Origin: Paraspadella gotoi
Taxonomy: Eukaryota > Animalia > Chaetognatha
Assembly (NCBI GenBank): GCA_051294375.1
Contig: CM119265.1
Coordinates: 29,495,453 to 29,559,452 of the forward strand
Direction: 5' to 3'
Length of the DNA stretch: 64,000 bases
Every line of letters begins with the position of its first letter. Within the stretch, counting starts at the first letter, position 1. This document shows positions 13,796-26,880 of this stretch, one piece after another. Below the pieces are notes generated by a model. It had not been told where the DNA came from. It saw only the letters and a list, made by a program, of their open reading frames with translations, and did no database searches. The position numbers and the translations under genes were made by a program.

Positions 13796-16700
13796 TCTCC
13801 TCTCTTCCACTTCGCTTTTAAATTCTTTTTCTCCCACTCCCTCTCACTCTCTCTCATCACATTAAGTAAGGGAGTTTCGTTGTTTTTTTTACGCCTCCAA
13901 AAGCAGCTTCGGTTTTATTTTTTTCTTTAAAAGGAATTTTTTTATTTCCAGATTCATGGACGCATTTTTATTCTGTAAAAAACAACTGGTAAGTCAGTCA
14001 ATCTGCTTGTTTCGTGTAGATTTTAATGTATGAAAATGTAAAAAAATTACCAATAGTTTTGTTTTAAAAACTTAACTGTTTAGGAGTACAACAAGTGAAT
14101 TTTCAGCTGGCATTTTTATTAAATGTCAAAATCATAGTCAAGTTCAATCACAAAATCTAAATGTCAGCTCCGGGTCTGCCAAGGTGCCAAGCTCGGGGTC
14201 TACCGAGGTGCCAAGTTCTGGGTCCGCCGAGGTGCCACGGTCTGCAACAAACGAAACTTCTTCGTGCGGTGCCAGACACTTTGAAAGTATAAAGTTAAAA
14301 ACGATTCAAAAAAATTACAAAAACTAAATGAAAGTTAAAATTTTTTGAAAAATGTTTTCCCGCAGATTTTACCGCAGTTGAAAAGACGTTTATCCCCTTA
14401 AAAGTTGAAAAGACGTTTATCCCTTTAAAAATTTACTACAAAATCTGTTTTTACTTTTTTTTTTTAAATTATAAGAAGAATTTATTCCGAATCGTTTTGA
14501 ATTACAAAGAAAATAATTTGGACTCAATTTAGAATTAAATTTAGATTTAGATTTAGATTTTTGTTAAATCTTAGTTTTGTATTTTCCTCGCAAGATTGAT
14601 TAAAACTGCTTGTTTGATTGTTCGCTTGTTTGTTTGTTTGCTTGTTTGTTGGTTGACTCGTTAGTTTGAATCTAAAAGGTACAGTAAAGTATTGGATCAG
14701 TGAAACATTCAAAAAAAAAAAATTTTAGTTAAATATTTTTTTTATTATATATGATATTGTATATGATTTAATGTTAAACGTAGTAATGAAAAGATACCAT
14801 TGTCAAATTGTTTATTTATTTAGAAATATGTTAGGATGAAAGTAGGAATTTCGAATTCATTCTACCTTATGTTTTTTTTGTTCTTTTATTCTAAAGAGAA
14901 TTAGAAAAAGGAGGAACAAAAAAAGAACAGAAGAAGTACTAATAGGAACAAAATAGGAACAAAAGAAGAACAAAAGAAGACCAAAAGGCCAATGAAATAA
15001 AAAAGAAAAAACCTTTAAAAAACTAAATTTGGAACCATATTTTCTGGATGGACTCTAGCTACGGATATCTCTCTCTCTCTCTCTCTCTCTCCTCTCTCTT
15101 CTCTCTCTCTCTCTCTCTCTCCTCTCTCTCTCGCTCTTTCTCTTGTATATAGAAAAATTCGCGATGACGGATTAATTAAAAGATGATGACGGACATTCTG
15201 TGAAAAAGAAAACAAAATTGTAGTGAGTGAGTGAGTGTGAATTGATTATAAAGAAAGGAAAAGAGAGATTTGAGTGTGAAGTGACTGCACAGAGATAGTA
15301 GAAATGTGTGATTGTTTGGTTAAATAGTCTTGTTGATTATTAATAAAAGGGAGAGGTCATTATAATTAAAATCAACTATAATGTTAAGAAATTGATAACC
15401 GCTTGACAAAAAATTATCATCATCCACTTCTACGAAGTTTTTTCAACGGAGTCATATTAGTCATGTGATTAGATTTTCAAGAAAATTCTTTACTATTTTA
15501 AAAATTAATTAGCCTTCCGAGATTTGTGGTTTGGCGGAAAAGTAAACTTAAGAAATCACGACAATTTGATTACATTTCTTGAAAAAAAATAACTTGAACT
15601 CTGGGTTGAAACTTTTTTTTGAAGACTTGAACAAACAAACTTTATTTTTTTCGTTTTCTATATTTTAACAATATATTCAACAGATCTCAACTTGATAGAT
15701 TTTTAATGATGATGTAGTCAATGAAATTGAGACGAATTTCAAAAAGTAAAATAATAATTTGGATTTGAATGATATTGGAATATTCGTAGTATATTCTAGG
15801 TACGTTACGAAAAAAAAAGAGAAAGGAAAGAAAGGAAGAAAGAAAGAAAGAAAGAAAGAAAGATATTCTGATATATATTTAAAATTTTGCACCTGACTTA
15901 TACAATCCAATCGATTCAATTTCTATCCTATAATTTTTATCTATCCGATTCATCGTATGTTTTTTGATTTAAACTATCCATTTTAATTCATTTTCATCAT
16001 TAAACCCCATTCTTTGAGACAAGAGCCTTCCGTCAAGACAAGAGCCTTCAGTCAAGACAAGAGCCTTCAGTCAAGAGTCAATCGCCACAGTTATTAATAG
16101 TTTTTGATATTAACTAAAACTTTTTAGTCGGATCTGCTTGTCAGCAGATCGCGACTTTGAAAAAAAATCGATGTCCATCCGTCCGTCTGTCTGTCCGTAT
16201 GTCCGTCCGTCCGTCCGTCCATCCGTCCGTCAAAACAAACATTTCGGATCAAATTAATTAATTAATTGCCAAATTAATTAAATAATTAACTTGAATAAAT
16301 TAATTATTTATTAATTAAAAAATTAACTTGAATAAATTAATTATTAATTAATTAATTACCGATAATGATCGAGGGCAGTTCCGATATTGTTTGCTCAAAC
16401 TTGTTTTGAAACGACTCAAAAATTAAGCACGGGATTAATTAAAAAGTAATGCAACAAATGTAATTATAAGATTATATCAAAATGAAGTTCGGTTTTTAAA
16501 CAAAACAGAAAAAAACATCAACAAAAGAACAGCTGCGCTTTAATCAAATTTAAAAAAAAGATTATTACAAATTGTTTCTGATTTGTTAAAATACATTACT
16601 GTTAATTAATAATTCAGTATTTGTTATGCTTGCCGATTGCAACCCATTACCAAGCTTGATTGGTTTTGAAAGTTGATACGAGTCTGCGAGGGTTTAAGAC

Positions 16701-18890
16701 GAACCCAAAAAGGTCTATTGATTAGGCATGAACTCGGGACCTTTAGGTCCTAGATCAAAAGCTTTGTCCCAACTAAAGTTAAACTTTAACTCTCAATTTA
16801 ACATAACTACTTGGCACTCAATAAACATTTCCTAACATAACTACTCTATTGAATACATGACATTAAAAAAAGAAAGGTTTTTGGAAACCCTCATTATGAA
16901 GAAGAGTTGTTGATTACTTTTAATTAATTATATTAACTACTTACAATAAAAAACAATATTTACAATTGAGAATGTATACGTTATTACAACGTACTAACAA
17001 TAATAAAAATAGATGAAAATACTTGAGGCAAAATTGATTGTAGACAAAACGAATAATAAAAGGTTGACCGACGACAACGAGAACAAAGACGTTGAGGTTT
17101 AATATTGTTTGGTGAGTTGTATTTTTGCGACGAGGGTAAGTTAATTGACCGAGGTCAATTCAGGTCACCAGAGGTTTAGGTTAAATGATTAATTGTAACA
17201 TTCTAGCGATTATTATATTATGTTGTATTGGATATTTTTTCAATGTTTTTCGTTTCCTTATTATTAATCAAATTCAAAACTGTCTGTACTCTGCAGCGTT
17301 CTTAGACTAAAACTTACTATCGAGGCAAGATAGAGGCTCACCCTACCGCCAGAACCTTTCTCTCCCCCGGGCCTTCTCTTCCCCCTCTCAACGCCTCCTC
17401 CTCCCCTCGTCGTCCCCTCCTCTTCATCCACGGAGTCACGGATAGAGTCTTGGAGATCGGACTCACTCTCTCACAACTCTTCTCTTGGAGATCGGACTCA
17501 CTCTCTCAAAACTCTTCTCTTGGAGATCGGACTCACTCTCTCACAACTCTTCTCTTGGAGATCGGACTCTCTCACAACTCTTTTCTTGGAGATCGGACTC
17601 ACTCTCTCACAACTCTTCTCTGGGAGATCGGACTCACTCTCTCACAACTCTTCTCTTGGAGATCGGACTCACTCTCTCACAACTCTTCTCTTGGAGATCG
17701 GACTCACTCTCTCACAACTCTTCTCTTGGAGATCGGACTCACTCTCTCACAACTCTTCTCCTCTCCTCACGATCTCTGGGTCCTCAAGCCTTCCTCTTAC
17801 CCTCTCCCCCTTTTATGAACCCTAATATATCACATTTTTAGTTGAGGATATCTACTCAAAAACTGATTTTATTTGATAAAAATCTGAATATTTCCGAATC
17901 TAAATTAAATTTTCTTTCAGTATCTTTCTTCCATTTTTTCGTAGATAAAATCCTTTAGAAGTTACAGGCAAAAAAAGATCGCTACTTCAAATGAAAAATG
18001 GCACAAAAATAATAATTAATTTTTTACCATTTTTGGTATTTATTTATTTGTTTTTATTTCAAATAGAACTAATTATTTTTGTTTTAATTTGGCAATGCTA
18101 AAAGTATTGTACCTTTTTTTGGTTCAAAAAATGCCATTATAGCTTTTCGGACAGAGGGAAAGACGCGCAACATCAACATCAGGGCTGAAAAGAATTGCGT
18201 CAAAGATGTGGAAAAACATTTCACTGTCATACCTCAATTCGCTGTACGAGAGCATGGCCAGACAAATGCAGGCAGGAGTCGGTGCCGAGAGAGGCCAGAC
18301 AAATGCCAGACAAATGCCAGACAAATGCCAGACAAATGCCAGACAAATGCAGGCAGGAGTCGGTGCCGAGAGAGGCCATACCAAGTATTGAAAATGTGTT
18401 TTTTGTTGTTTTTTTTTGAATAAATTAACTTTTCAACAACTATGTGATATACTTTTTTCCTAGATAGTAGTTTGTTTAAAATGTTTAAAACGAACACAAC
18501 TAATACTCACGTCTTTTTGCGGCATCTGCGGCATTCCAGGCATCTGTTGCATCTGTCCTCGATTCGACGAACGGCGATTTTGTCTCGATGACGTCATCGT
18601 TTAACAATAGAACAACGAATTTTATAAAAAAGACTTTTTAAAAAGATTTAATAGGATAGTTCAATGAGAGCAAAGATAGGATAGAAATGAAAGCAATGAT
18701 AGAATAGCAATGAAAGCAATGATAGAATAGCTCAATGAGAGCAATGATTGGATAGCAATGAGAGCAAAGATAGGATAGCTCAATGAGAGCAATGATAGGA
18801 TAGCGTTGCTGTTGAGGAAAGGCAAAACTAGAAATAGAGGGAGAGACTTATTTTCAATAGAAAGAAAAGTTAGGAAATTTTTAAAAATGA

Positions 18891-18927
<37 letters not shown>

Positions 18928-20061
18928 GATGACGAAGAAGGAAAGAAAGTCGTCCTCCTTCATCCTTCATCCTTCTTCCTTCTTCCTTCTTCCTTCTTCC
19001 TTCTTCCGTGTCCCGCGACCGAAGGGAAAACCAAGGGAAGGAGGGGAGACACTTCGCTTCCGTGTCTGTAAATAATGTCAGTAATGTCATCAAATGATTG
19101 TCAGTAATGTCATCAAATGTTTGTCAATAATGCAATCAAATATTTGCCTGTAATGTCTTCAAATGTTTGTCAGTAATGTCATCAAATGTTTTGTAAACTA
19201 TGTCGTTTTGGTTGGTTTTCTGACTTACGTCGGCTTAGGGATTTATCATTGTTGAACAGTGGATTAGTTTAAGCCCTTGAAAGCGATTTTTATGTCTTGG
19301 CGAAGCCACTGGTTAACTATTTTGTCGGATGTGCAGATCGAGCAAGACCACAAATAGTTACATTTTCGGCTATGGAATTGTTGCCGACAAAAACCATCTA
19401 TCAAATGAAATATTGGTCGGGACCATGACGACAACGACGATGTCAATGATGACAACGACGACAATAACTAAAACGACGACGTCGACGACAACGATGACGA
19501 CGACGACAACGACGATGATTCAAAGAATAAATTCAAGTTTTTCGTTTTTTTATTTTTAGCCGGATCTGCTTTCAGCAGATCCCGACTCTATAATTCACTT
19601 TGTTGGTCTGTCGGTCCACCCCCTCAATATTGTTGGGCACTCACTTATATCATGTCAGTACATCGAATTATGATAAATTATGCAAAAAAAAGATGTCCGT
19701 CCATCCATCCGTCCGTCCGTCCGACCGTCCGTCCGTCCGTGTAGGTAGGGAAGTGTGTGATTGAAGTTTCGATGAAATCGTCCGTATGGAAATGAGTTTA
19801 AATGGAAAAAATAAAAATATATATTTCACTATTTTAACACCAATTACTCATGAGTGAATGGGGCGATAGACTTGAAATTTTGCATTTGGGTAGAAAAGTG
19901 TGTGATTAAACTGGAAATCAAGTTTCGATGGAATCGTTTGAGTGGAAATGAGTTTAAATGGAAAAAACAAAGAACCTATTTAACGATTTGATTATGCCTT
20001 TTTTTTCTTTTTATTTTAAATGTAAAAGCAAGATGTAATAATTAATCAAATAATTAATCAG
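10420..20061 (+). repeat. Copy 2 of the ~9-kb direct duplication
   Basis: Colinear with 1440-10381. The first ~2 kb is very indel-rich, like a raw read. Confidence 0.95.
16121..16407 (+). mobile_element. Short HINE-like element (duplicate of 6405-6691)
   Basis: Same termini and internal microsatellites as 6405-6691. Confidence 0.65.
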
Positions 20062-20309
20062 TTAATTAATCAATTATTCAATTAATTAATTAATAATTAA
20101 TTAATCAGTCAATTAATCAATCAAAACAAACATTTCTGATCAAATTAATTAATTAATTGCCTATTTAAATAAATAATTAACTTGAATAAATTAATTATTA
20201 ATTAATTAAATATTTAATTAACTTGAATTAATTATTAATCAATTATTTATTAATTAATTACCGATAATGATCGTGAGCAGATCCGACATTGTTTGCTCAA
20301 ACTTGTTTT
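19553..20309 (+). mobile_element. Full-length DINE-1/Helentron-like non-autonomous element (HINE)
   Basis: 5' TTTTTAGCCGGATCTGC-TTTCA-GCAGATCCCGAC; (CCGT)n; ATTA array; 3' GCAGATCCGAC then GTTTGCTCAAAC palindrome; T-flanked with no TSD. Confidence 0.7.
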
Positions 20310-20357
20310 AATCAAGAAGACGAAGACGAAATTGACTCTTGGGAAAGAGGAGGAAGA

Positions 20358-20556
20358 TGATGACGACGACCACAACGACGAAGATGACGACAAAGACGAC
20401 CACAACGACGACGACCACAACGATGACGAACACCACAATGACGACCACAACAATGACGACCACAACGATGACATCCACAACGATGACGACCACAACGATG
20501 ATGACCACAACGATGACGAACACAACGATGACGACCACAACGATGACGACCACAAG
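20358..20556. repeat. 15-bp repeat CACAACGATGACGAC
   Basis: Tandem units giving the HNDDD / poly-T ORFs. Confidence 0.85.
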
Positions 20557-21696
20557 ATGACGACAAAGACGACAACGAATGTTTTAGCAATCAAAGTCTC
20601 GGGTTCGAACCCTGAAAAGTCAAATTTGTCTTCTTTTCGCCTCAAGACTCCAATTTATTGATTCCAAAGAAAAACTGAATTGATTTTTGGGCGGAGAATC
20701 GAGGGCAGGGCAAGGTAGAAGACATGGTGACATGGAAAGGCATGAAAGGCATGAAACTAACTAGAAAGCACACGGCAAGAAAAGAAAAGATTAGAGAGTA
20801 AACAACAAGCCCAAACGCGGAAGAGCAAAAAAAAGGACAAGACAGGACAAGAAAAAAAAATCCACACGATTGATTCGCTAAAAATAGAAATGTTGCCTGT
20901 TTTAGCGACAGCCAGAGGCGATATTGAGGTTGCGCTGACAGTTCACTGACAGATCACTGACAGATCGCTGACATATCGCTGACAGATCGCTGACTGTTCA
21001 CTGCCATTAGGAGACTGTAGTACAAAATAAAAAATATGTGTTTTTTCAGTTTTGCTGTCAGAATAAAACATTTTCAGTTGCGGAATAAATTATTTATATA
21101 AATTTCGTTGAAACTTTAACTTCGTATTTATTTTTAGATCTCCATTCATCTGATGTTTTCTACTGATTTCGTTTTATTACCAAAAAGAAACGTGACATAT
21201 TAAGAAGAAGCGAGAAAGAAAGAATAAAAAAGACTCTTTAACAGTTTTTAAATGTCAGGAATACATACATAGGTACATACATAGGTATATCTTTTTTAAT
21301 CATTTTGGAAAGTTTAAAAACGTTTTATGGTTCTTTAATGCTTAATTTTAATGTTTAATGTTAATCTAAATTTTATTTAATTTATTTTTGAAAAAAAAAT
21401 TGTCAACTCACGTCTTCAAAAAAGTTGGGAGCTTTTGGCGCCATTTTTATCAAAGTGAAGACGACGACGATGACGACAATGACGATGATGACGATGATAA
21501 TGTAAACGATTTCGAGATAGTTTTGGATTTAAATTAAATTGAATCGTTCATCTCCAGTTGATGCTAAACAGTTTTAAAAACCTTTTTTATGAAGTATTAA
21601 AATAAATTAATTATTAAAAGTGATTTCTTCATCAGGATGATAATTAAAAATTTATTTTTTCATCAAATTTTCTTAGAACTAAAATCTAAATTTAAC

Positions 21697-21751
<55 letters not shown>

Positions 21752-21828
21752 AAAACAGAGAGCGAGAGAGAGATAGTTATTGGCGACAAAGAAACATGGA
21801 ATCATCCAGAGATCAAGTCCGCAAGGGG

Positions 21829-21914
<86 letters not shown>

Positions 21915-21987
21915 GACCTCATGGCATCGAGATCAACTTTGGACGAAAAAAAGGATTCCATTTGGGAAATCGATTCTGGGGGGACTA

Positions 21988-22232
21988 GATTTAGATTTGA
22001 GAAAAGGGAAAGGACAAGATTTTGATTTGGGAAAAGGTAAAGGACAAGATTTAGATTTGAGAAAAGGGAAAAGACAAGATTTAGATTTGGGAAAAGGGAA
22101 AGGACAATATTTAGATTTGGCTATTGGGAAAGGACAAGGTTTAGATTTGGGAAAAGGAAAAGGACAAAATTTAGATTTATGAAAAAGGAAAGGACAACAT
22201 TTTTAAATGGGCAAAGTGAAAGGATAAGATTA
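21988..22232. repeat. 30-bp minisatellite GATTTAGATTTGGGAAAAGGGAAAGGACAA
   Basis: About 8 tandem units following a (GA)n tract. Confidence 0.85.
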
Positions 22233-22914
22233 ATATATGAAAAAAATAGCCTGAATAGTCTAAATGAGGTAGTACTTGTTTAATTCGTTGTACCAATTTC
22301 ATAAAAAAGTCATAAAATCATATAAAGGGGAAATCAGAAAGAAAAAGTGACTCTAAAAGTCGAGATAAATGATAGAGGATTTAAAAAGAAAGAAAAATAA
22401 AAAAGGAAAAAGACATTCATGAACTAAGGAAGAAAATCCCGAATATGAGTCATAAGTTGGAGTCAATGAACTAAAAATAGAAAAAAGGGAAAAAAGAAAT
22501 AGGTCAAGATTTGAAAGAAAAAGAAAGAAGAAAAGAAGACAACTTTATATTATAAACAAATTATGGTTCGAAAAATTTTAAAAATAATTCATTATACAGT
22601 TATATAGTTAAGAATGGGCGGAGAATATTGTCGGAATATAACTAAGATTATCAAGCGTGAAAAAAAATATCAACATTTTATCATTTTCATTCTGACTTTT
22701 GCGAGTTGTCATTTCCATTTTGTCTCTTGATAGCAAAAGTCCGTGGGACTTTGGGCGAACGCAAATCGCCGGATGTTGTGGCCCAGACCTTGGAGGCCAA
22801 AAAGAATATTAAGGTTCAAAGTTCAAAATTTTGCCTTTTGGGTTCAAAGTTCAAAGTCAAGTCTTCAAAGTTATTTAATTTAGGTTTATAGTCGGGGAAT
22901 GAAAAGCAGATATT

Positions 22915-23147
22915 ATGGTGGACTAAAATCCACCAACCGTTCATCAGCGGCCATTGGTGCCGGAGGCAAGTCATTCGCCTCCCAACCCAAAGGTCCGGGG
23001 TTCTAGCCCGGTAGTCGCCTGGCAATTAAGAGGGACGGGGGCGCTTAACCCGCCTGTAACACGGTGTTACAGCCTGATCCAAAGCTCAGGGACTGCTTTT
23101 ATTGAACGGTTCTGTCATTAACACTTATCATTAATTACTGTCTCTTC
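22915..23147 (+). mobile_element. tRNA-derived SINE, copy 1
   Basis: Three near-identical dispersed copies. 72-nt tRNA-like head at 22947-23018: acceptor GCGGCCA/TRGTCGC, CTCCCAA loop, B-box-like GGTTCTAGCCC. Confidence 0.75.
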
Positions 23148-23949
23148 AATATATATTTTTTCGATGATCGTTTTATTAATGAAAAACAAATTTACAAAAT
23201 TTAGCACAATCTCTAATATTTCTTTATTGCAAATCCCAAGTCATCGTAATATTAAAAAAAAAAAATTTCCTCAATTGCTATTATTATTTCTTGTTCCTTT
23301 TTATAGTAAAAATTATTATTAGCGGATAAAATGATAAGTTAAAATGGTGATATACTTTTAAAAAGAATGATAAATATAGAGAGAAACCGAAACAAATGAG
23401 ACTATCTGTTCGGTCAAGCCAGCAGATATCGCTTTCCTTTCAGGGCTGTCATTTTGTTTTAATTAAACACTTATGATTAGAAATAAAAAACAGTCCTGCC
23501 ATCTTTGGTTTCTAATTGAAAACTCAAGAGCAAGACAAAGTGCATTTATTGCTAATGAGAGTCGTTACATATTTCATAAAGTATTTGTAATTTGATTTTT
23601 TGTAATTGGAAATAGAAATATTTATTAATTTTTTTCCTTTTTTCTTCCGTAAATATTTACTTTTGTTTACATTTTTGTTAACGACCAAAATTTTTCAGGT
23701 TTACCATTAATTTTGTTCATACTTCTTTTTTACAGATTGTAAATTAAATCTTAAAACTAATGATTTAATCGTAATTAATTATATATAATTTTAGTATTCG
23801 TTACACTTGATACCTTTGCACTTGATTTCGTAACTACGTAAATTGATCGCAATTTTGTATTCAAATAAGTCGGTCTTGTTTTTTCGTTTTTTCGAAATAT
23901 AGAATGACTAAGCAGATTTAAAATTTAAGAGGCAGAGGTATTATTAAGT

Positions 23950-24080
23950 AGCATGGCCCGGGCTGAGGCATTGATTGGCATGCCCAGGGGGAGAGGCATT
24001 GACTAGCATGCCCGTGTCAGAGGCATTGCATGGCATGCTCTCGGCATTAAGTGGAACTCTCGGGGCAGAGTCATTGATTA
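23950..24080. repeat. Degenerate GCATGC-containing ~28-bp tandem repeat (similar tract at ~37950-38110)
   Basis: Repeated GAGGCATTGA.TGGCATGCCC units. Confidence 0.55.
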
Positions 24081-24452
24081 GTAGAGTAGAACTTATTTGA
24101 AATATGTTACAATGATAAATATATGTAGAATGATATTTTTATTAAGTAAAATAAATATTTTTTCATATTCTAAATGGATCTAAATAGAAATTATAATATA
24201 TTTGAAGTAATATCCTAATGAAATAATATATTTTTAAAATATTTTTTTAAAATTTTTATTAAAGATTCATATATTTTTTAAAAAAATTAGATCAAAAATA
24301 AAAAACATATTATTAAAAATTTAAATGTCTTCAGTATTAAACACAGCAAAAAAATATTTAACTTTTGATTTTTTTCATTTTTTATAGTAAAAACTATTAT
24401 ATGATTTATTTATGTTTATATATTTAAACATTTTTTGCAGCTTTAAAATTAA

Positions 24453-24655
24453 GGAAAAAGTATAAATTGTGATTCAGCAACAAATTTATTTGTTAATAAA
24501 TGGACATGTTTGGTTTACGAACCTTTATCAGCGCAGTTAGACACGTTTATTAACAAATAAATTTGTTCATTAATAAATAAATTTGTTGCTGAATGACAAT
24601 TTAAACTTTTTCCTTATGTTCCAAACGCAACGAAAAAGAAAGAAAATTACAACAA
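24453..24655. mobile_element. Palindromic Penelope-like mini-element with degenerate hammerhead motif
   Basis: 15-bp TSD CAGCTTTAAAATTAA (24438-52, 24656-70); ~48-bp imperfect inverted arms; minus strand CTGATAA-A-GGTT-CGTA-AACC-AAACATGTC; tail CAACGAAAAAGAAAG. Confidence 0.7.
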
Positions 24656-26126
24656 CAGCTTTAAAATTAAAATATCATGTAATATATTTTATAAAGGTTT
24701 ATTAATTTTCTAAATCTGTTCTTAAAATTGAAAACAAATAATAATAATATATTATAAATTTATAAGGATATGATTAAAAAAACTTAATTTCTGTTATTAT
24801 TATACTCAAAATTTTTATAAAGGAATTGAATTTTATATTTTATATATATAGAGGCACCAAAAAATATTGTAACTTGTTTCAAGTTTTTCATCGCTCCACC
24901 CTATTGATTAGCATGCCAGAGAGAATTTGTTGCGGGGCAGGGAGAGAAGGAAGGAGGTTTTGCGGGGAACATATGAGACAATTTAGACATTTAGACATTT
25001 AGACATTTAGACATGTAATATACAAGTATAAACAAACTGAACTAAGAGTCAAAAACAGTATCAAGTAACAAAGAGACATCTTGGTAATAAAACATTAGAT
25101 TAAATTACAAAACTATTTAAGACTATTTAAGAATTCGATTTGGTGATAAACTAAGGTGGCCCGAAATTCTGAAAGAAATAAGATCGAAAAAGAGTCTCGT
25201 GTGGATCTCATGATTTCTTTCTAATCACTCATTCAGTCTTAGGTTTTATTTAAATTTTATTATAAAAGTTTTATTCAATCGACTTTATATTTTTATTACT
25301 TTTCTTTAACGTTTAATGACGTTTTTAAAAGAAAAGTTTGGGTGTATTTACTTTTTATTTAACTTGTAAAAGTCAGAAGTGGTCATTCTTAGGTCCGCCC
25401 AACTCTGAAAAAACCAGTCTTACAGAGACAAGACAAATTAGCTCCTGTCTTTTTGCTAAGGGGCAAAGGTTAGCATTATACATTAGATGACGTTGCAGCC
25501 AGCGATGTTATGCTGATATTCTCAGTTTTTGTCGATTGTCACGTTTTGTCACGGGTTAACTCGTGTTGTCACGTCGAAAGCCAATTCGATGCTACAAAAC
25601 TTGATGCTAATTATATAAATATTATTTATCTGATAGTTAAAGAGACAATTGACTAATTGACAATTGATAATTTACTTACTAAGGAAAATCTTAGCCGAGT
25701 CTGAAAATTTTCTGGCTAAAATATAAGCATTCATTTTCTTAAATTCATTTTATCTGAAAATCTAAACAAGGTAAAAATGAACATTATTTAACATTTATAA
25801 ACTGTGTAATTGATATTACGCAACAATTTCAATACAAGGAAAAACCAAATTTATTTAAGTAACACGAAAATAATGAGCACAAGTTTGATGAAAATTTATT
25901 TTTTATTTAATATAATTCACTAACTACATTTATAATTTATAGTTTTTTTATGTTATAGTTGTATTAATTTCTGATGATAATGCAGGTTATGATCGTAATT
26001 TTTTTTATAGTAGTAAATGGTTATGGCAGTTGTGGTGGTTGTTATAGTTATAGTATTGGTTATTGCTAAATGCTTTTACATTTTATACAAAAGTAAAAAC
26101 AGGCAAAATTAATGGGCTATTTATAG

Positions 26127-26181
<55 letters not shown>

Positions 26182-26202
26182 GACAGAGAGAGATAGACTC
26201 AT

Positions 26203-26838
26203 TTAATCCGGTCCTTTGATTGGAGAATTAAGCAAAGAATCTTGAGAATTGTTTATCGCATTTTTATGATTTAAGTTTGATTTGTTGTTGTTGTTGTTGT
26301 GGCTTGAATTGTCAATAAGAAAATGTTGCGTTGTGCTCGTCTTTCCCGATCTCGTAATATTCCGTTCCGGTATTTGGATGATCACCGATCTCCCTCCATT
26401 GGGAAGTATTTCTAAAACAAAACGGAACATAGCTTTTATTGTTAAAGATAGACGAAATAGAATACTAATTAATACTAATGATTTGTGGCCAAGAACTTGG
26501 TTTCGCTTAGTTCCAGACTACATATTTATTAATAATAACATGACCGCCTACATTTTCCAAAACGCCCCATTTTATGAAATTGGTACAACCAATATAAAAA
26601 TTATCCATTCATTTAATAAATAAGCTATCTTGCCCCTGACTTTGACAGGCTTTGGTGGTTTAAGGCCTCCATCACTCTTACAAGATAATGACATAGCAGG
26701 TCCCTGCAAGCTTTCAATCAAGACTCTCTCACAGTCTCGTTTATTCACTCCCAGAGTACCTGGCTTCCCTATCAATAAAGCGGAAAATATTTCAAAGAAT
26801 GTTTCAATTGTATGAAGAGACCACTCCCTTAAGTATTA

Positions 26839-26880
<42 letters not shown>

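Noticed and set aside
20293-20661. Asp/His-rich protein (HNDDD repeats)
   Set aside because: Simple 15-bp repeat; the ORF starts at TTG inside the HINE terminus, with no splice support seen.
22935-22950. CTGATGA on the minus strand of the SINE as a hammerhead
   Set aside because: No GAAA follows the helix formed by ACGGTT/AACCGT, and there is no stem III or NUH site.
22947-23018. Functional tRNA-Gly(CCC) gene
   Set aside because: D and anticodon stems do not pair, the T-loop is out of register, and it is embedded in a dispersed repeat with TSDs.
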